From an uncultured Gaiellaceae bacterium (GTDB lineage Bacteria > Actinomycetota > Thermoleophilia > Gaiellales > Gaiellaceae), in assembly GCA_963732995.1 (NCBI GenBank), contig CAVTBS010000009.1, positions 64,618 through 128,617 on the forward strand: 64,000 nt of DNA, read 5' to 3'. The position numbers and the translations under genes were made by a program. Below the pieces are notes generated by a model. The model saw nothing but the letters and a program-made list of their open reading frames with translations, had not been told where the DNA came from and made no database searches. Of the stretch, positions 35,224 to 47,101 are shown in pieces; positions within the stretch are counted from its first letter, which is position 1; every line of letters begins with the position of its first letter.

Positions 35224-37914
35224 GTTGAGCACCTCCTCGAGGACGTCGTCGGGCGCCGCCTCCCCGGCCGCGAACGCCTCGCCGTAGCCGGCGTCGCCGA
35301 GCGCGGCCCGCAGGCGCCCGGCGAGGTCGTCGAGGAACTCCTGCTCCTGCCAGTCGATCGAGGCGCCCGTCTGCTGCCGGATCCCGGATGCCGCACCGAG
35401 GAGCCGTGTCGCGAGCGCCAGCTCCCCGGCGTGCTCGTGGGCAGGCGCGAGCCACACGCAGCAGGACGCGAGCCGGTCGCGGAAGCCGAGTCGTATGTAG
35501 AGCTCCATGCTCTCTCGCAGCTGCGCGCGGCCGGTGTCGTAGCGGCGGAGGCGCAGGTTCATGTCGCCGAGCCCCAGCAGCGCGCCGGCGAGGTACTCGC
35601 GGTGGTCGGCGCGACGAGCGGATTCGGCGCTCTCCTCGTAGATCGCAGCACCGCCCTCGTAGTCCTCGAGCTCGGCAGCAACCACGCCGAGATTGGAGAG
35701 CGCGAGTGCGAGGTGAGCGTCGTTCCCGAGTGTCCGGGCGAGGTCGGCGCTCTGCTCCCACCACTCGCGCGAGCCCTCCCGGTTGCGGCGGCTGTACTCG
35801 ATGCACCCGAGCAGGATCAGCAGGCGGTAGCGCTCGTCCTCGTCGACCGCTCCTGCGAGTAGCGGCAGGGCGGCCTCGGCTCGCGGGCCCGCGAGGTCGA
35901 AGTCACCCTGGCGCCATTCGAGGGTCGCGAGCTTCCGCAGAACCTGGGCACGCAGCAGCGGCTCGATGTCAGCGGTGGAGGCACTCTCGAGCGTCCCCTC
36001 GAGCCACGCACGGCCCTGCGCGAGATAGCCGCGGACGAGCCAGAAGTGCGCGAGGGCGGCGGCGAGCCGGAAGCGAAGCTCCGTCAGTTCGGCCGCACCG
36101 GCGAACGCGAGGGCCGCTCTGAAGTTGTCGTGCTCGCGCTCGAATGTCGCGTAGGCCTCGTCGACCGCCTCGCCGGGCAAAGCGTCGACGAGCTCGTCCG
36201 CAAGCTCGAGGAAGTGCTCGGCGTGTCGACGCCGCACTTCGTCGGCATCGGCCCGTTCGAGCAGCCTCTCGACCGCGTACTCGCGGATCGTCTGCAGCAT
36301 CCGGAAGCGGCCGTCATCGGCGCGTCGGAGCAGGCTCGCCTCGGCGAGACCGGTCAGCCCCGCGGCTCCGTCGGGTTCGCACACGGCCGCGACGCTGGGG
36401 CCGGTGAAGCCGCCGGCGAACGCGCCGAGCTCGGCAAAGAGTTGCTGTTCGGCCGGAGCGAGCAGGTCGTGGCTCCAGCTGATCGCCGAACGGAGCGTTC
36501 GCTGCCGTTCCGGGAGATCGCGTGCGCCTCGCGACGCGAGCTCGAGCCCGTCGTCGAGCGATTCGAGCAGCTCGGCCGACGTCAGATCGACAGTGCGGGC
36601 GGCCACGAGCTCGATTGCGAGTGGCAGTCCGTCGAGGCGCTCACAGATCTCCGTGACGAGCGCCGCCGAGGGCGGACGGCGTCCGGTGGCAGCGGCGCGT
36701 GTGAGGAAGAGCTCCTCCGCCTCCCCGGCGGGAAGGGGCGGCAGTTGCAGCTCGTGCTCGCCGTACACGTGGAGGCGCGCGCGGCTCGTCGTCAGGACGC
36801 GCAAACGAGGTGCCGTCTGCAGCAGCTCGCCGACGAGCGGGGCTGCGTCGAGCAGCTGCTCGAAGTTGTCCAGGAGCAGCAGCAGCTCGCGGCCGTGGAG
36901 CTCATCGTCCAGCGTCTCCTCGGCGAGCCCGAGCGCCTGAGCGATCGCGGACCGGACGAGTGCGGGATCGACGAGTGCTGCCAGTCCGACGAACCAGACG
37001 CCGTCGGTGAACACCTCGGCGAGCTCGTGCGCGGCTCGGAGCGCGACGCGCGTCTTGCCTACGCCGCCTGGCCCCGTCAGCGTGATCAGCCGACCCTCGC
37101 CGCGGAGCAGCCCGGTGACCGAGTCGACCTCCTCGCGCCGGCCGATGAACGCCGTCGGGGGCGCTGGCAGGTGGCGGCGCTCGCGCAACGACTCCGGCTC
37201 GACATCGAGCGCGGCGTCCTGACGGAGAATCGCGCCCTGGAGCGCACGGAGTTCGGCGCCCGGCTCCAGCCCGAGCTCGTCGAGTGACTCTCGGATTGCG
37301 GTGTACGCGTCGAGCGCCTCGGCCTGCCGGCCGGCGCGGTAGAGCCCGAGCATGAGCAGACCGCGTAGCCGCTCACGCAACGGGTGTTCCCGCACGAGCC
37401 GCTCGAGCTCCGCCAGGTCGACCGCGCGGCCGAGCGCAAGCGCGGAGTCTGCGCGATCCTCGAGCGCGGCCACGCGAAGCTCCTCGAGCCGTTCTCGTTC
37501 GGTCGCCGTTGCGAGGCTGTCGTCGAGCCCGGCGAGAGCCGGACCTCGCCAGAGCGCAAGCCCCGCTTCGAGCGAGGCCAACGCGTCCTCGTGGCGGCCC
37601 GATCCACGCTGTGAACGCGCGCTTTCGACGAGCTGCTCGAACTCGTCCGCGTCGACCTGCTCGGGGAGCAGCCGGTAGCCGTCGCCCTCCCGTTCGACTG
37701 CCAGCCCGGCCTTGCGCAGCTCCGAGACGTACACCTGCAGCGCGTGTGACGCGCTCGCGGGTGGCCGGTCGGCCCAGACCGCGTCCTGCAGCTGTTCGGC
37801 CGACACCGCCGAGCCGCGCGCGAGGAGCAGCGAGATCAGGAGCGCCCGCGGCTTCGCCCCGCCGCTGAACGGCTGCCCGCGAACCTCGAGCGTTCCGAGT
37901 ATCCGGAACTCCAC
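35170..37914 (-). CDS. AfsR/SARP-family regulator (OmpR-type winged helix, BTAD, NB-ARC ATPase, TPR)
   Basis: MEFRILGTLEVRG...ALQVYVSELRK..., a BTAD region, the P-loop GPGGVGKTRVA and a long TPR-like C-terminus. AGGAGGAGG SD precedes the GTG start. Confidence 0.9.
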   Translation of the reverse strand: MEFRILGTLEVRGQPFSGGAKPRALLISLLLARGSAVSAEQLQDAVWADRPPASASHALQVYVSELRKAGLAVEREGDGYRLLPEQVDADEFEQLVESARSQRGSGRHEDALASLEAGLALWRGPALAGLDDSLATATERERLEELRVAALEDRADSALALGRAVDLAELERLVREHPLRERLRGLLMLGLYRAGRQAEALDAYTAIRESLDELGLEPGAELRALQGAILRQDAALDVEPESLRERRHLPAPPTAFIGRREEVDSVTGLLRGEGRLITLTGPGGVGKTRVALRAAHELAEVFTDGVWFVGLAALVDPALVRSAIAQALGLAEETLDDELHGRELLLLLDNFEQLLDAAPLVGELLQTAPRLRVLTTSRARLHVYGEHELQLPPLPAGEAEELFLTRAAATGRRPPSAALVTEICERLDGLPLAIELVAARTVDLTSAELLESLDDGLELASRGARDLPERQRTLRSAISWSHDLLAPAEQQLFAELGAFAGGFTGPSVAAVCEPDGAAGLTGLAEASLLRRADDGRFRMLQTIREYAVERLLERADADEVRRRHAEHFLELADELVDALPGEAVDEAYATFEREHDNFRAALAFAGAAELTELRFRLAAALAHFWLVRGYLAQGRAWLEGTLESASTADIEPLLRAQVLRKLATLEWRQGDFDLAGPRAEAALPLLAGAVDEDERYRLLILLGCIEYSRRNREGSREWWEQSADLARTLGNDAHLALALSNLGVVAAELEDYEGGAAIYEESAESARRADHREYLAGALLGLGDMNLRLRRYDTGRAQLRESMELYIRLGFRDRLASCCVWLAPAHEHAGELALATRLLGAASGIRQQTGASIDWQEQEFLDDLAGRLRAALGDAGYGEAFAAGEAAPDDVLEEVLNSPTVAAPVSGQEAAPPV

Positions 37915-37980
37915 GACCCCTCCTCCTGAGCGTTCGTTCAGCCCATCTTGCGCCTTCCGCGACGCGGTTTCACGTAGAGC

Positions 37981-38619
37981 TCAGGAGCCCTGCCCGATCC
38001 ATTCTTCGCCGCCCTCGTAGACCTCCTTCTTCCAGAGCGGCACCGTCCCCTTGAGCGTGTCGATCGCTTCCTTGCACGCGGCGAGCGCGGCAGCCCGGTG
38101 CGGCGAGGAGACGGCGATCGCGACGCTCGGCTCGCCGATCTCGACCCTGCCGACGCGATGATGGATCGCGACCGCGAGCAGCTCGTGGCGCTCGGACAGC
38201 TCGCGCGCCAGGTCGGCCATGGACTGCTCCGCCATCCCCTCGTAGGCCTCGTACTCGAGGTAGAGGACGGCCCGGTCGCGCGAGCGGCTGCGAACCGTGC
38301 CGAGGAACGTCGCGACGGCGCCGGCCTCGTCGCTCTGGACTTCGCGGACGACCGCGTCGAGCGAGAGCGGCTCCGCGGTCACGCGGAAGTCGCCGCCGGA
38401 CACGGGCGGGATCAGCGCCACCTCGTCGCCCTCCGCGAGGGCCGTGGCGCTGTTCGCGTAGCGCTTGTTGACCGCGTAGAGGAGCCCGTCGGGCTCGTCG
38501 CCGAGAGCGAGTGCAGACCAGACGTCGCCGAGCGTGGCGCCGTCGGGAAGCGCGAGAGTGCGGGCGCCGGTGCCGGCGCGCTCACGCAGGCCGGCGAAGA
38601 GGCGGATGCTCACCTGCAT
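37981..38619 (-). CDS. molybdopterin synthase MoaD-MoaE fusion protein
   Basis: The N-terminal MoaD-like domain ends in ...ALIPPVSGG, followed directly by the MoaE domain (...ATFLGTVR...LEYEAY...VPLWKKE). Confidence 0.88.
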   Translation of the reverse strand: MQVSIRLFAGLRERAGTGARTLALPDGATLGDVWSALALGDEPDGLLYAVNKRYANSATALAEGDEVALIPPVSGGDFRVTAEPLSLDAVVREVQSDEAGAVATFLGTVRSRSRDRAVLYLEYEAYEGMAEQSMADLARELSERHELLAVAIHHRVGRVEIGEPSVAIAVSSPHRAAALAACKEAIDTLKGTVPLWKKEVYEGGEEWIGQGS

Positions 38620-38683
38620 CGAGGGGAGCGTAGCCGCGCGTCCCCGGGTTGCCTCGCGGCACGTGTCATGTTACGTATGCCGC

Positions 38684-39343
38684 ATGCCGGTCTCAGCGCC
38701 CGCCCGGACGAACCTGAACGACCGCGTCTACGAGACCCTGAAGACGCGGCTCGTGCGCCGCGAGCTCGGCCCGGGCGAGAAGCTGAGCCTGCACGAGCTG
38801 GCAGCGACGCTCGGCGTCTCGCGCAGCCCGGTCCACCACGCGCTGACGCGGCTCGTCGCCGAAGGGCTGCTGACCGTGAAGTCGCGGCGCGGCTACTACG
38901 TGAACGCGCTGACCGAGGCCGCGATCGGCGACGGCTACGACGTCCGGCTCGCCCTCGAGCTGCAGGCGGCGGAAGGCGCCGTCGGCCGCGTCTCTCCGGA
39001 CGACCTGCGCCGGTTCCGCGAGCTGCACGGGGCGACCGCCGAGGCGGTCTCGCACACCGAGTGGGACTCCGCGAACGCGGCGTTCCACGAGTTCCAGGTC
39101 GACCTCGCCCACAACGCGCTCCTCTCGCGCTTCTATCGCGACCTTTCGATCAACCTGATGATGCAGGTGATCCGCGGCGGCAAGCTCGAGGGCGGGTCGT
39201 ACCTCCCGGAGGAGCACGGCGCGATCGTCGACGCGTACGAGGCCGCCGATCTCGAGGCGGCGCGCGCGGCGATCCGGGCGCACATCGCCACCGGGAGGCG
39301 GATCGCGCTCGACGCGATCGAGGCGGCGCACGGCGTCCTCTAG
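38684..39343 (+). CDS. GntR family (FadR/FCD-type) transcriptional regulator
   Basis: Winged HTH ([30 protein letters not shown]) plus a helical FCD-like C-domain. Start is ATG 38684. Confidence 0.88.
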   Translation: MPVSAPARTNLNDRVYETLKTRLVRRELGPGEKLSLHELAATLGVSRSPVHHALTRLVAEGLLTVKSRRGYYVNALTEAAIGDGYDVRLALELQAAEGAVGRVSPDDLRRFRELHGATAEAVSHTEWDSANAAFHEFQVDLAHNALLSRFYRDLSINLMMQVIRGGKLEGGSYLPEEHGAIVDAYEAADLEAARAAIRAHIATGRRIALDAIEAAHGVL

Positions 39344-39369
39344 TCACCTTCACCCGTAGCATCCGCTCC

Positions 39370-40914
<1,545 letters not shown>

Positions 40915-41020
40915 TCACCGACCAGCGCACCGGAACTTCACCTCCCCGCAGCCCATCGGCGGGCGCCGCGGACTGACACTCGGCTCGCAAGCACGTCGAG
41001 ACGAAACCAATGGGGAGAGG

Positions 41021-42431
41021 ATGCAAGTGCGGAACATCAGCTTCGGGTCGCGCCTGTTCGCCGGGACGGTGGTGACCGTCGCGCTGGCGGTCGTCGTGGG
41101 CGCGGCAGTCGCGGGCGACGCGGTGATCGGACGCTCGAGCGTCGAGAAGGCGATCAAGGGCGGGAAGGCGAAGAACGTGATCCTGCTGATCGGCGACGGG
41201 ATGGGCGACTCGGAGATCACGCTCGCCCGGAACTACACCGTCGGCGCGGCAGGCCGCCTCGCGCTGGACGAGCTTGCCGCTCACGGGCCAGATGACGACG
41301 TACTCCGTGCGCGAGGACAACCCGTCGAAGCCGGACTACACATCCGAGTCGGCGTCGACCGCGACCGCGTGGTCGACCGGCGTCAAGACCTCGGACGGCC
41401 GCATCTCGACGACTCCGGGCACCGACCAGGACCTCGAGACGATCCTGGAGCTCGCGCAGGAGCGCGGGCTGACGACCGGCAACGTCACGACCTCCGAGCT
41501 GACCGATGCGACCCCGGCCGCGCCGATGTCGCACGTGCGGCTGCGCGGCTGCCAGGGGCCGCAGAACATGGGCACGCTGCGCCGCAGGACAAGAAGTCGG
41601 CCGGCGGCCCTGGCTCGATCGCGGAGCAGTCGGTCGACAAGGGCGTCGACGTGCTGCTCGGCGGCGGCAAAGGCCGCTACGACCAGCTGATCGACGGCGG
41701 CCCAGACGCGGGCAAGACGGTGATCCAGTCCGCCGATGCGCCAGGGCTACCAGGTCGTCACCAGACCGCGCTGAGCTCCTGGCGGCGCAACCCGGGCAGA
41801 AGCTGCTCGGCCTCTTCCACTCGGGGAACCTCAGCGTCGAGTGGACCGGCCTGCCTCGCTGCGAGGCCGGCCAGCGGGCCGCAGCGATGCGTCGAGAACC
41901 AGCGGCCGGCGAACGAGCCGAGCCTCGACGAGATGACGGCGAGGGCGATCGAGTTCCTGACTGGCAAGCCAGCAAGAGGAACCGAGGAAGGGCTTCTTCC
42001 TGCAGGTGGAGAGCGCCTCGATCGACAAGCGCGACCACGTCTCGCAGCCGTGCGAGCAGATCGGTGAGACGGTCAACTTCGACCGGGCCGTGCGGGTGGC
42101 GCTCGACTTCGCGGCGAGGAATCGAAGGACACGCTCGTGATCGTCACCGGCGACCACGCGCACACGAGCCAGATCGTGGAGGCGGACGCGACGGTCGCCG
42201 GCTTCGGCAGCCTGCTCACCACCGACGAGGGCGAGGTCCTGCAGGTCAGCTACGGCACCGGCGTCGCGCCGGCGACGCAGGAGCACACCGGCTCGCAGAT
42301 CCGGGTCGCGGCGAAGGGGCCGCAAGGCGGCGAACGTGGTCGGACTGATCGACCAGACCGACCTCTTCCGGATCATGGCGCGGGCGATCGGATCCGACGA
42401 GGGCGGCATCGTCGGGGGCGGCGACGACTGA
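41021..42431 (+). pseudogene. phoA: alkaline phosphatase PhoA-like gene carrying about 8 single-nt frame disruptions
   Basis: Signal peptide and [16 protein letters not shown]. Segments then alternate frames: [11 protein letters not shown]...[12 protein letters not shown]..., [15 protein letters not shown]..., [29 protein letters not shown]..., [34 protein letters not shown]..., [18 protein letters not shown]... and AANVVGLIDQTDLFRIM...GGGDD-stop. Confidence 0.85.
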
Positions 42432-42479
42432 GCCGTCAGCCGCGGCGAGGCTCCGGCGCGCGTGGGGGCGCGCCGGAGC

Positions 42480-43266
42480 TCACGCCGATGCGCCCGAGTA
42501 GCGGCGGAGGCCGAAGTGCCACCACCAGCGCGTGAACGACGAAGAGCACCGCGGCGAAGCCGACGGCGATGCCGACGGTCGACCACTCGAGCCGTGATGT
42601 GATCGCCTCCGCGGGCACGGTGATCGCGAAGGCGAGCGGGAAGATGAAGGTGACGCCGAAACGCAGCCAGCCCGGGAAGATCGACGTCGGCCAGCGGCCG
42701 GCCTGGTAGATGCCGTCGAAGAGCTCGATGATCTCCCAGACGTTGACGATCCAGAACGCCAGCGTCGCGATCACGAGCCAGAAGCAGTAGATCGTGACCG
42801 CGCCGAGCAGCAACAGGCCGAGGAACAGGAGCACGTTGTCGATCCCGACGCTCGTCTCCAGCCCGTTGATCCCGTACGCCAGCACGGCGGCGCCCGCGAT
42901 CACGTCGACCGCGCGCCAGATCTGGACGTTGCGAATGCTGACCAGCACCTGCGAGTCCTCCGGCTTCGTCAGGGCGAAGTCGAGCCTGCCGTCGCGCACG
43001 TCCTCCATCAGCCGCTGCATGTTCGGCTGGATCGTCGTCCGGATCACGCCGCCGAGCAGGATCTGGATCCCGAGCACGATCATCAGCTCGGACTCGTCCC
43101 AGCCGTTCAGCTCAGTGGTCTGCGAGTAGACGAGCGTCAGGACGACGAGCGCGACGCCGACCGAGACCGCCGACTGCAGCAGCTGGATGAAGAAGTTCGC
43201 GCGGTACTGGAGCTCGTTCAGCGAGCCGACCTTGAAGAAGAGCCAGGCGAGGCGGGCGATTCGCAC
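42480..43266 (-). pseudogene. ABC-2 type transporter permease, frame-disrupted near the 3' end as assembled (extra nt about 42528)
   Basis: Polytopic permease. The listed frame runs on to 42436. The alternate frame gives ...WWWHFGLRRYSGASA-stop at 42480, matching the paralogue's end ...VVWRFAVRRYSAVGN. Confidence 0.75.
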
Positions 43267-44105
43267 TAGTTCCCCACCGCGGAGTAGCGCCGGACCGCGA
43301 ACCGCCAGACGACGAGGAAGAGCCCGGTCAGGGCGACGATCCAGAGCATCTGGATCCCGAGCCCTTCCAGCAGCTCCCGGTTCGTCAGGTCGCCGACGAG
43401 CGTCTCGATCGGGAAGTAGAACGACCATTTGAACGGGAGCACGTTGGCGACGTCCTCGGCCCAGTCGGGCATCAGCGGCAGCGGCACGAGCCGGCCGGAG
43501 AGGAGCAGCTCCAGCCCGATCGCGAGCTCGAAGAGCGCGCTCACACGCGTCGTCCAGAACGTCACCATCCCTAGCGCGGACAGGAACATCGTCCGGATCA
43601 GGTACGCGCCCCAGATCGCGACGCAGAACGCGGCGATCTCGGCCGCGCGGATGTCGATCGTGGGGTCGAAGGCGATCCAGAGCACGGCCGCGATCGGCAG
43701 CCAGAGGATGATCGTGACCACCTTCCAGCCGGCGAAGCCCGCGATGTCCTCGTGGATCGGGTGCAGCGGGCGCAGGAGCGCGGCCGAGAGCTCGCCCTCG
43801 CGGATCCGCCACTCCCAGCCGTAGGGCGTGAAGACGATGTTCATGTTCCGAACGAGCGTCCAGACGATGTAGTACGCGGCGAACTGGCCGGTCGTGATCC
43901 CCTGCACGGAGCCGCCCTGCTGCTCGGAGATGGTCGTCCAGACGACGAGGTAGACGATCGGCTCCGCCAGCATCCCGACCAGCCACATGTAGGTGGCCAC
44001 GCGGTACTGGAAGTTCGACTGGATCTGGACTCGCGCGCGGGTCAGGTAGTAGTCGAGGTAGGAGCGGAAGCGCCCCTCCTCGACAGCGCCCGCGTCGGTG
44101 CTCAC
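43266..44105 (-). CDS. ABC-2 type transporter permease
   Basis: Polytopic protein paralogous to the downstream permease. GTG 44105 overlaps the ATPase stop (GTGA). Confidence 0.85.
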   Translation of the reverse strand: MSTDAGAVEEGRFRSYLDYYLTRARVQIQSNFQYRVATYMWLVGMLAEPIVYLVVWTTISEQQGGSVQGITTGQFAAYYIVWTLVRNMNIVFTPYGWEWRIREGELSAALLRPLHPIHEDIAGFAGWKVVTIILWLPIAAVLWIAFDPTIDIRAAEIAAFCVAIWGAYLIRTMFLSALGMVTFWTTRVSALFELAIGLELLLSGRLVPLPLMPDWAEDVANVLPFKWSFYFPIETLVGDLTNRELLEGLGIQMLWIVALTGLFLVVWRFAVRRYSAVGN

Positions 44106-45085
44106 TCGGGCCGCTCCTGCGCGAAGACGAGCTCGATCACATCCTCGATCGGCGGGTCCTCGACGGTCAGGTCGGCAATGTCGCGCTCCGCGAGCAGCCG
44201 TGCCGTCACGCGAGCGGTCTCTGCCTTCGGGACCCGAAGCTTCACGCGCCCGTCCCCGCGCTCGAGAACGTCGCCGTAGCCCGAGAGATCGACCGAGGGA
44301 TCCTCGAGCTCGACGGAGAGGGTCTTGAAAGCCTCGAACTGGTCGCCGATCCGCGCGAGCGGGCCGTCGAAGAGGATCTTGCCGTGGTGGATGACGACGA
44401 CGCGCTTGCAGAGCGCCTCGACGTCGGCCATGTAGTGGCTCGTCAGGAGGACGGTCGCGTCGTAGCGGCGGTTGTACTCCGCCACGAACGAGCGGATCCG
44501 CTTCTGCATCGTCACGTCGAGCCCGATCGTCGGCTCGTCGAGGAAGAGCACCTGCGGCCGGTGCAGCAGCGAGCCGACCACCTCGACCTTCATCCGCTCG
44601 CCGAGCGAGAGGTTCCGCACCGGCTTGCGGACGAGGTCGCCGACGTCGAGCAACTCGATCAGCTCGTCGCGCAGTGCCGTGAAGTCCGCGCGCGGGATCC
44701 GGTAGATCGCCCGGTTCAGCTCGTACGAGTCGAGCGCGGGCAGGTCCCACTGGAGCTGGTTGCGGTTCCCCATCACGAGCGTGATCCGGCTGAGGAAGTC
44801 GCGCTCGCGCTTCGACGGGACGTGGCCGAGGACGCGGGCCTCGCCCGAGGTGGGGTAGAGGAGCCCGGAGAGCATCTTCAGCGAGGTCGTCTTGCCGGCG
44901 CCGTTCGGCCCGAGGAAGCCGACGATCTCGCCCTGTCCGACCTCGAAGGTGATCTCGTCGACCGCGCGCACCTCACGGTGCTTGCGGCGGACGAGGCTGC
45001 GCATCGCCGCGCGGAGCCCCGCGTCGCGCTCGGGGACGAGGAAGGTCTTGTTCAGATCGTCGACTCGGACTGCGGGCTCGGCCAC
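44102..45085 (-). CDS. ABC transporter ATP-binding protein
   Basis: Walker A GPNGAGKTT, signature LSLGERMKV and Walker B LFLDEPT. Confidence 0.93.
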   Translation of the reverse strand: MAEPAVRVDDLNKTFLVPERDAGLRAAMRSLVRRKHREVRAVDEITFEVGQGEIVGFLGPNGAGKTTSLKMLSGLLYPTSGEARVLGHVPSKRERDFLSRITLVMGNRNQLQWDLPALDSYELNRAIYRIPRADFTALRDELIELLDVGDLVRKPVRNLSLGERMKVEVVGSLLHRPQVLFLDEPTIGLDVTMQKRIRSFVAEYNRRYDATVLLTSHYMADVEALCKRVVVIHHGKILFDGPLARIGDQFEAFKTLSVELEDPSVDLSGYGDVLERGDGRVKLRVPKAETARVTARLLAERDIADLTVEDPPIEDVIELVFAQERPE

Positions 45086-45109
45086 GCCCAGAACCTAGAT
45101 GATGGATCG

Positions 45110-46118
45110 GTGCGCATCCTCCTCGTCTCCCAGATGTATCCCTCGGCCGCGGCGCCCGATTTCGGGGTCTTCGTCCAGGGGCTGGAGCGGGCGCTGGCTG
45201 CGCGCGGGCACGCGATCGAGCGGGTCGTGCTCGACCGGCGCGGCGGCGGCAAGCTGCGCCACGCGCGACTCGCCGCCCGCGCCGTCCGCGCTGCGCGGCG
45301 CTTCCGCCCAGATGTCGTCTACGCGCACTTCCTCTTCCCGACCGGCCTCGCCGGGCTGCTCGCGGCTCGCGCCTCGCGGTCGCCGCTCGTCGTCACCGCG
45401 CACGGCCAGGACGTCGCCAACCTGACCGAGTACCCGTTCGTCCGCTCGCCGGCGCGGCGCGTCGTCGGCGGGGCGGCGGCGGTGGTCGCCGTCTCCGACT
45501 GGCTGCGCGAACGGCTCGTCGCCGCGATCCCCGCCGCGGCGGCCAAGACCGAGGTCGTCGACTGCGGCGTCGACCTGGAGCGGTTCCGGCTGCTCGACCG
45601 TGCCCCCGGCCCCAGCCCGGCGTTCGTCTGCGTCGGCTCGCTGATCGAGCGGAAGAACGTCGTCCGGCTCGCAGGCGCGTTCGGCCGGCTCGGCGAGGGC
45701 ACGCTGACGTTCGTCGGCGACGGCCCGCTTCGGCCGCAGCTCGAAGGCCGGCCGGGCGTCACGGTCACCGGCTACCTCCCGCACGACGCCGTCCCGCTCC
45801 ACATCGCCGCGGCCGACGTCCTCTGTCAGCCGAGCCTCGCCGAGCCCTTCGGCCAGGCGGCGCTCGAGGCGCTGGCGTGTGGCCGCAGCTGTGGTCGCGA
45901 CACGGGTCGGAGGTCCGCCGGAGTTCGTCCCGGCGGGAGCCGGGGTGCTCGTCGACCCGCTCGACGAGGAGGCGCTCGCGGCTGCGCTCCGTGAGGCGGC
46001 CGCGCTGCCGGTGCCCAACCCCGCCGCACGCGCGGCGGCCGAGCTGCACGACGTCAGGCTGCAGGCGGAACGGGTGGAGGCGATTCTCGAGCGAGCCGTT
46101 CGAGATCGGCGAGCCTGA
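45110..46118 (+). pseudogene. GT4-family glycosyltransferase, frame-disrupted as assembled (extra nt about 45884)
   Basis: VRILLVSQMYPS... N-domain. ...EPFGQAALEALACG then continues one frame over as AAVVATRVGGPPEFVPAGAGVLVDP (track ORF 45879..46118). Confidence 0.75.
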
Positions 46119-46290
46119 TCTCGACGAGCGGCCGCACCGCCTCCTCGATCCCGGCTTCGCGCGCCAGCTCGAGCGCCTGCTCGTAGCTCTCGCGCGCCTT
46201 CTCGGGCGCGACGCCCTGCTTCAGCCGGTTGTCGCCCGTGACCAGCAGGCGCTGAATCTTGGCGCGGGTCTCATCGCCGGGAGGGGTCAT
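46054..46290 (-). CDS. small hypothetical protein (78 aa)
   Basis: Listed ORF with high GC3 and helical character (KARESYEQALELAREAGIEEA). Its 3' end overlaps the glycosyltransferase tail. Confidence 0.45.
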   Translation of the reverse strand: MTPPGDETRAKIQRLLVTGDNRLKQGVAPEKARESYEQALELAREAGIEEAVRPLVEIRLADLERLARESPPPVPPAA

Positions 46291-46329
46291 ACGCGTAGCC
46301 TAACGAGGCACGATTCCGTTGTTTCCAGA

Positions 46330-46701
46330 ATGCCGCAGCCCGTTCGAGTCCTGATCGCCGACGACCATCGCCTCTTCGCCGAGGCGCTCGAAGCCGTGCT
46401 CGCAACGGAGGAGCGGATCGAGGTCGTCGGCCGGGCCGCCGACGGGGAGGAGGCCGTCGCGCTCGCCCGCAGCCTGCAACCCGACGTCGTCGCGCTCGAC
46501 ATCAGCATGCCCGTGATGGACGGCTTCGAGGCGGCGGCGGCGCTGGAGCTGCTCGACCGGCCGCCGGCCGTGCTGATGCTGACCGGCTCGAACGCGCCGG
46601 AGGACGTCGACCGGGCGCGCCGAGTCGGCGCGAGGGGTTACATCACCAAGGACGCGATCGCTGCCAGCCTCGTCGAGGCAATCCTCGCCGCAGCGCGTTA
46701 G
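46330..46701 (+). CDS. stand-alone response regulator receiver (CheY-like) protein
   Basis: VRVLIADDHRLF...DVVALDISMPVMDG...MLTG...ITKD. No output domain. Start is ATG 46330. Confidence 0.85.
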   Translation: MPQPVRVLIADDHRLFAEALEAVLATEERIEVVGRAADGEEAVALARSLQPDVVALDISMPVMDGFEAAAALELLDRPPAVLMLTGSNAPEDVDRARRVGARGYITKDAIAASLVEAILAAAR

Positions 46702-46730
46702 TCGCCCGCGCGTTCGCTACCCTTCCGGCC

Positions 46731-46952
46731 GTGCTTGCCGTCGCAGCAGTCTTCCAGGTGCTGGTCTCCGTGGCGCTCCTCGCGCTCATCCTCATGCACT
46801 CCGGCCGTGACGCCGGCCTCGGCGGCATGGGCTTCACGCCCGCCTCGCAGGGCGGCACCCACATCGTCGAGCGGAACCTGACGCGGCTGACCGTCGTCGT
46901 CGCGACGGTGTTCTTCCTCAACAGCGTCATCCTGTACCGCCTCCTCGCCTAG
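46731..46952 (+). CDS. secG: preprotein translocase subunit SecG
   Basis: 73 aa with two TM segments and central ...HSGRDAGLGGMG..., typical of SecG. Confidence 0.85.
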   Translation: MLAVAAVFQVLVSVALLALILMHSGRDAGLGGMGFTPASQGGTHIVERNLTRLTVVVATVFFLNSVILYRLLA

Positions 46953-46981
46953 CGCGGGCCGCGGCTACACTGCACCTCCCC

Positions 46982-47065
<84 letters not shown>

Positions 47066-47101
47066 TGCGGGCGAACGGCCCCGACGAGGGGGCCGTTTCT
47101 C

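Noticed and set aside
39344-39369. Cobalamin riboswitch upstream of the methylmalonyl-CoA mutase gene
   Set aside because: Only 26 nt separate it from the GntR stop. There is no room for a riboswitch and no B12-box seen.
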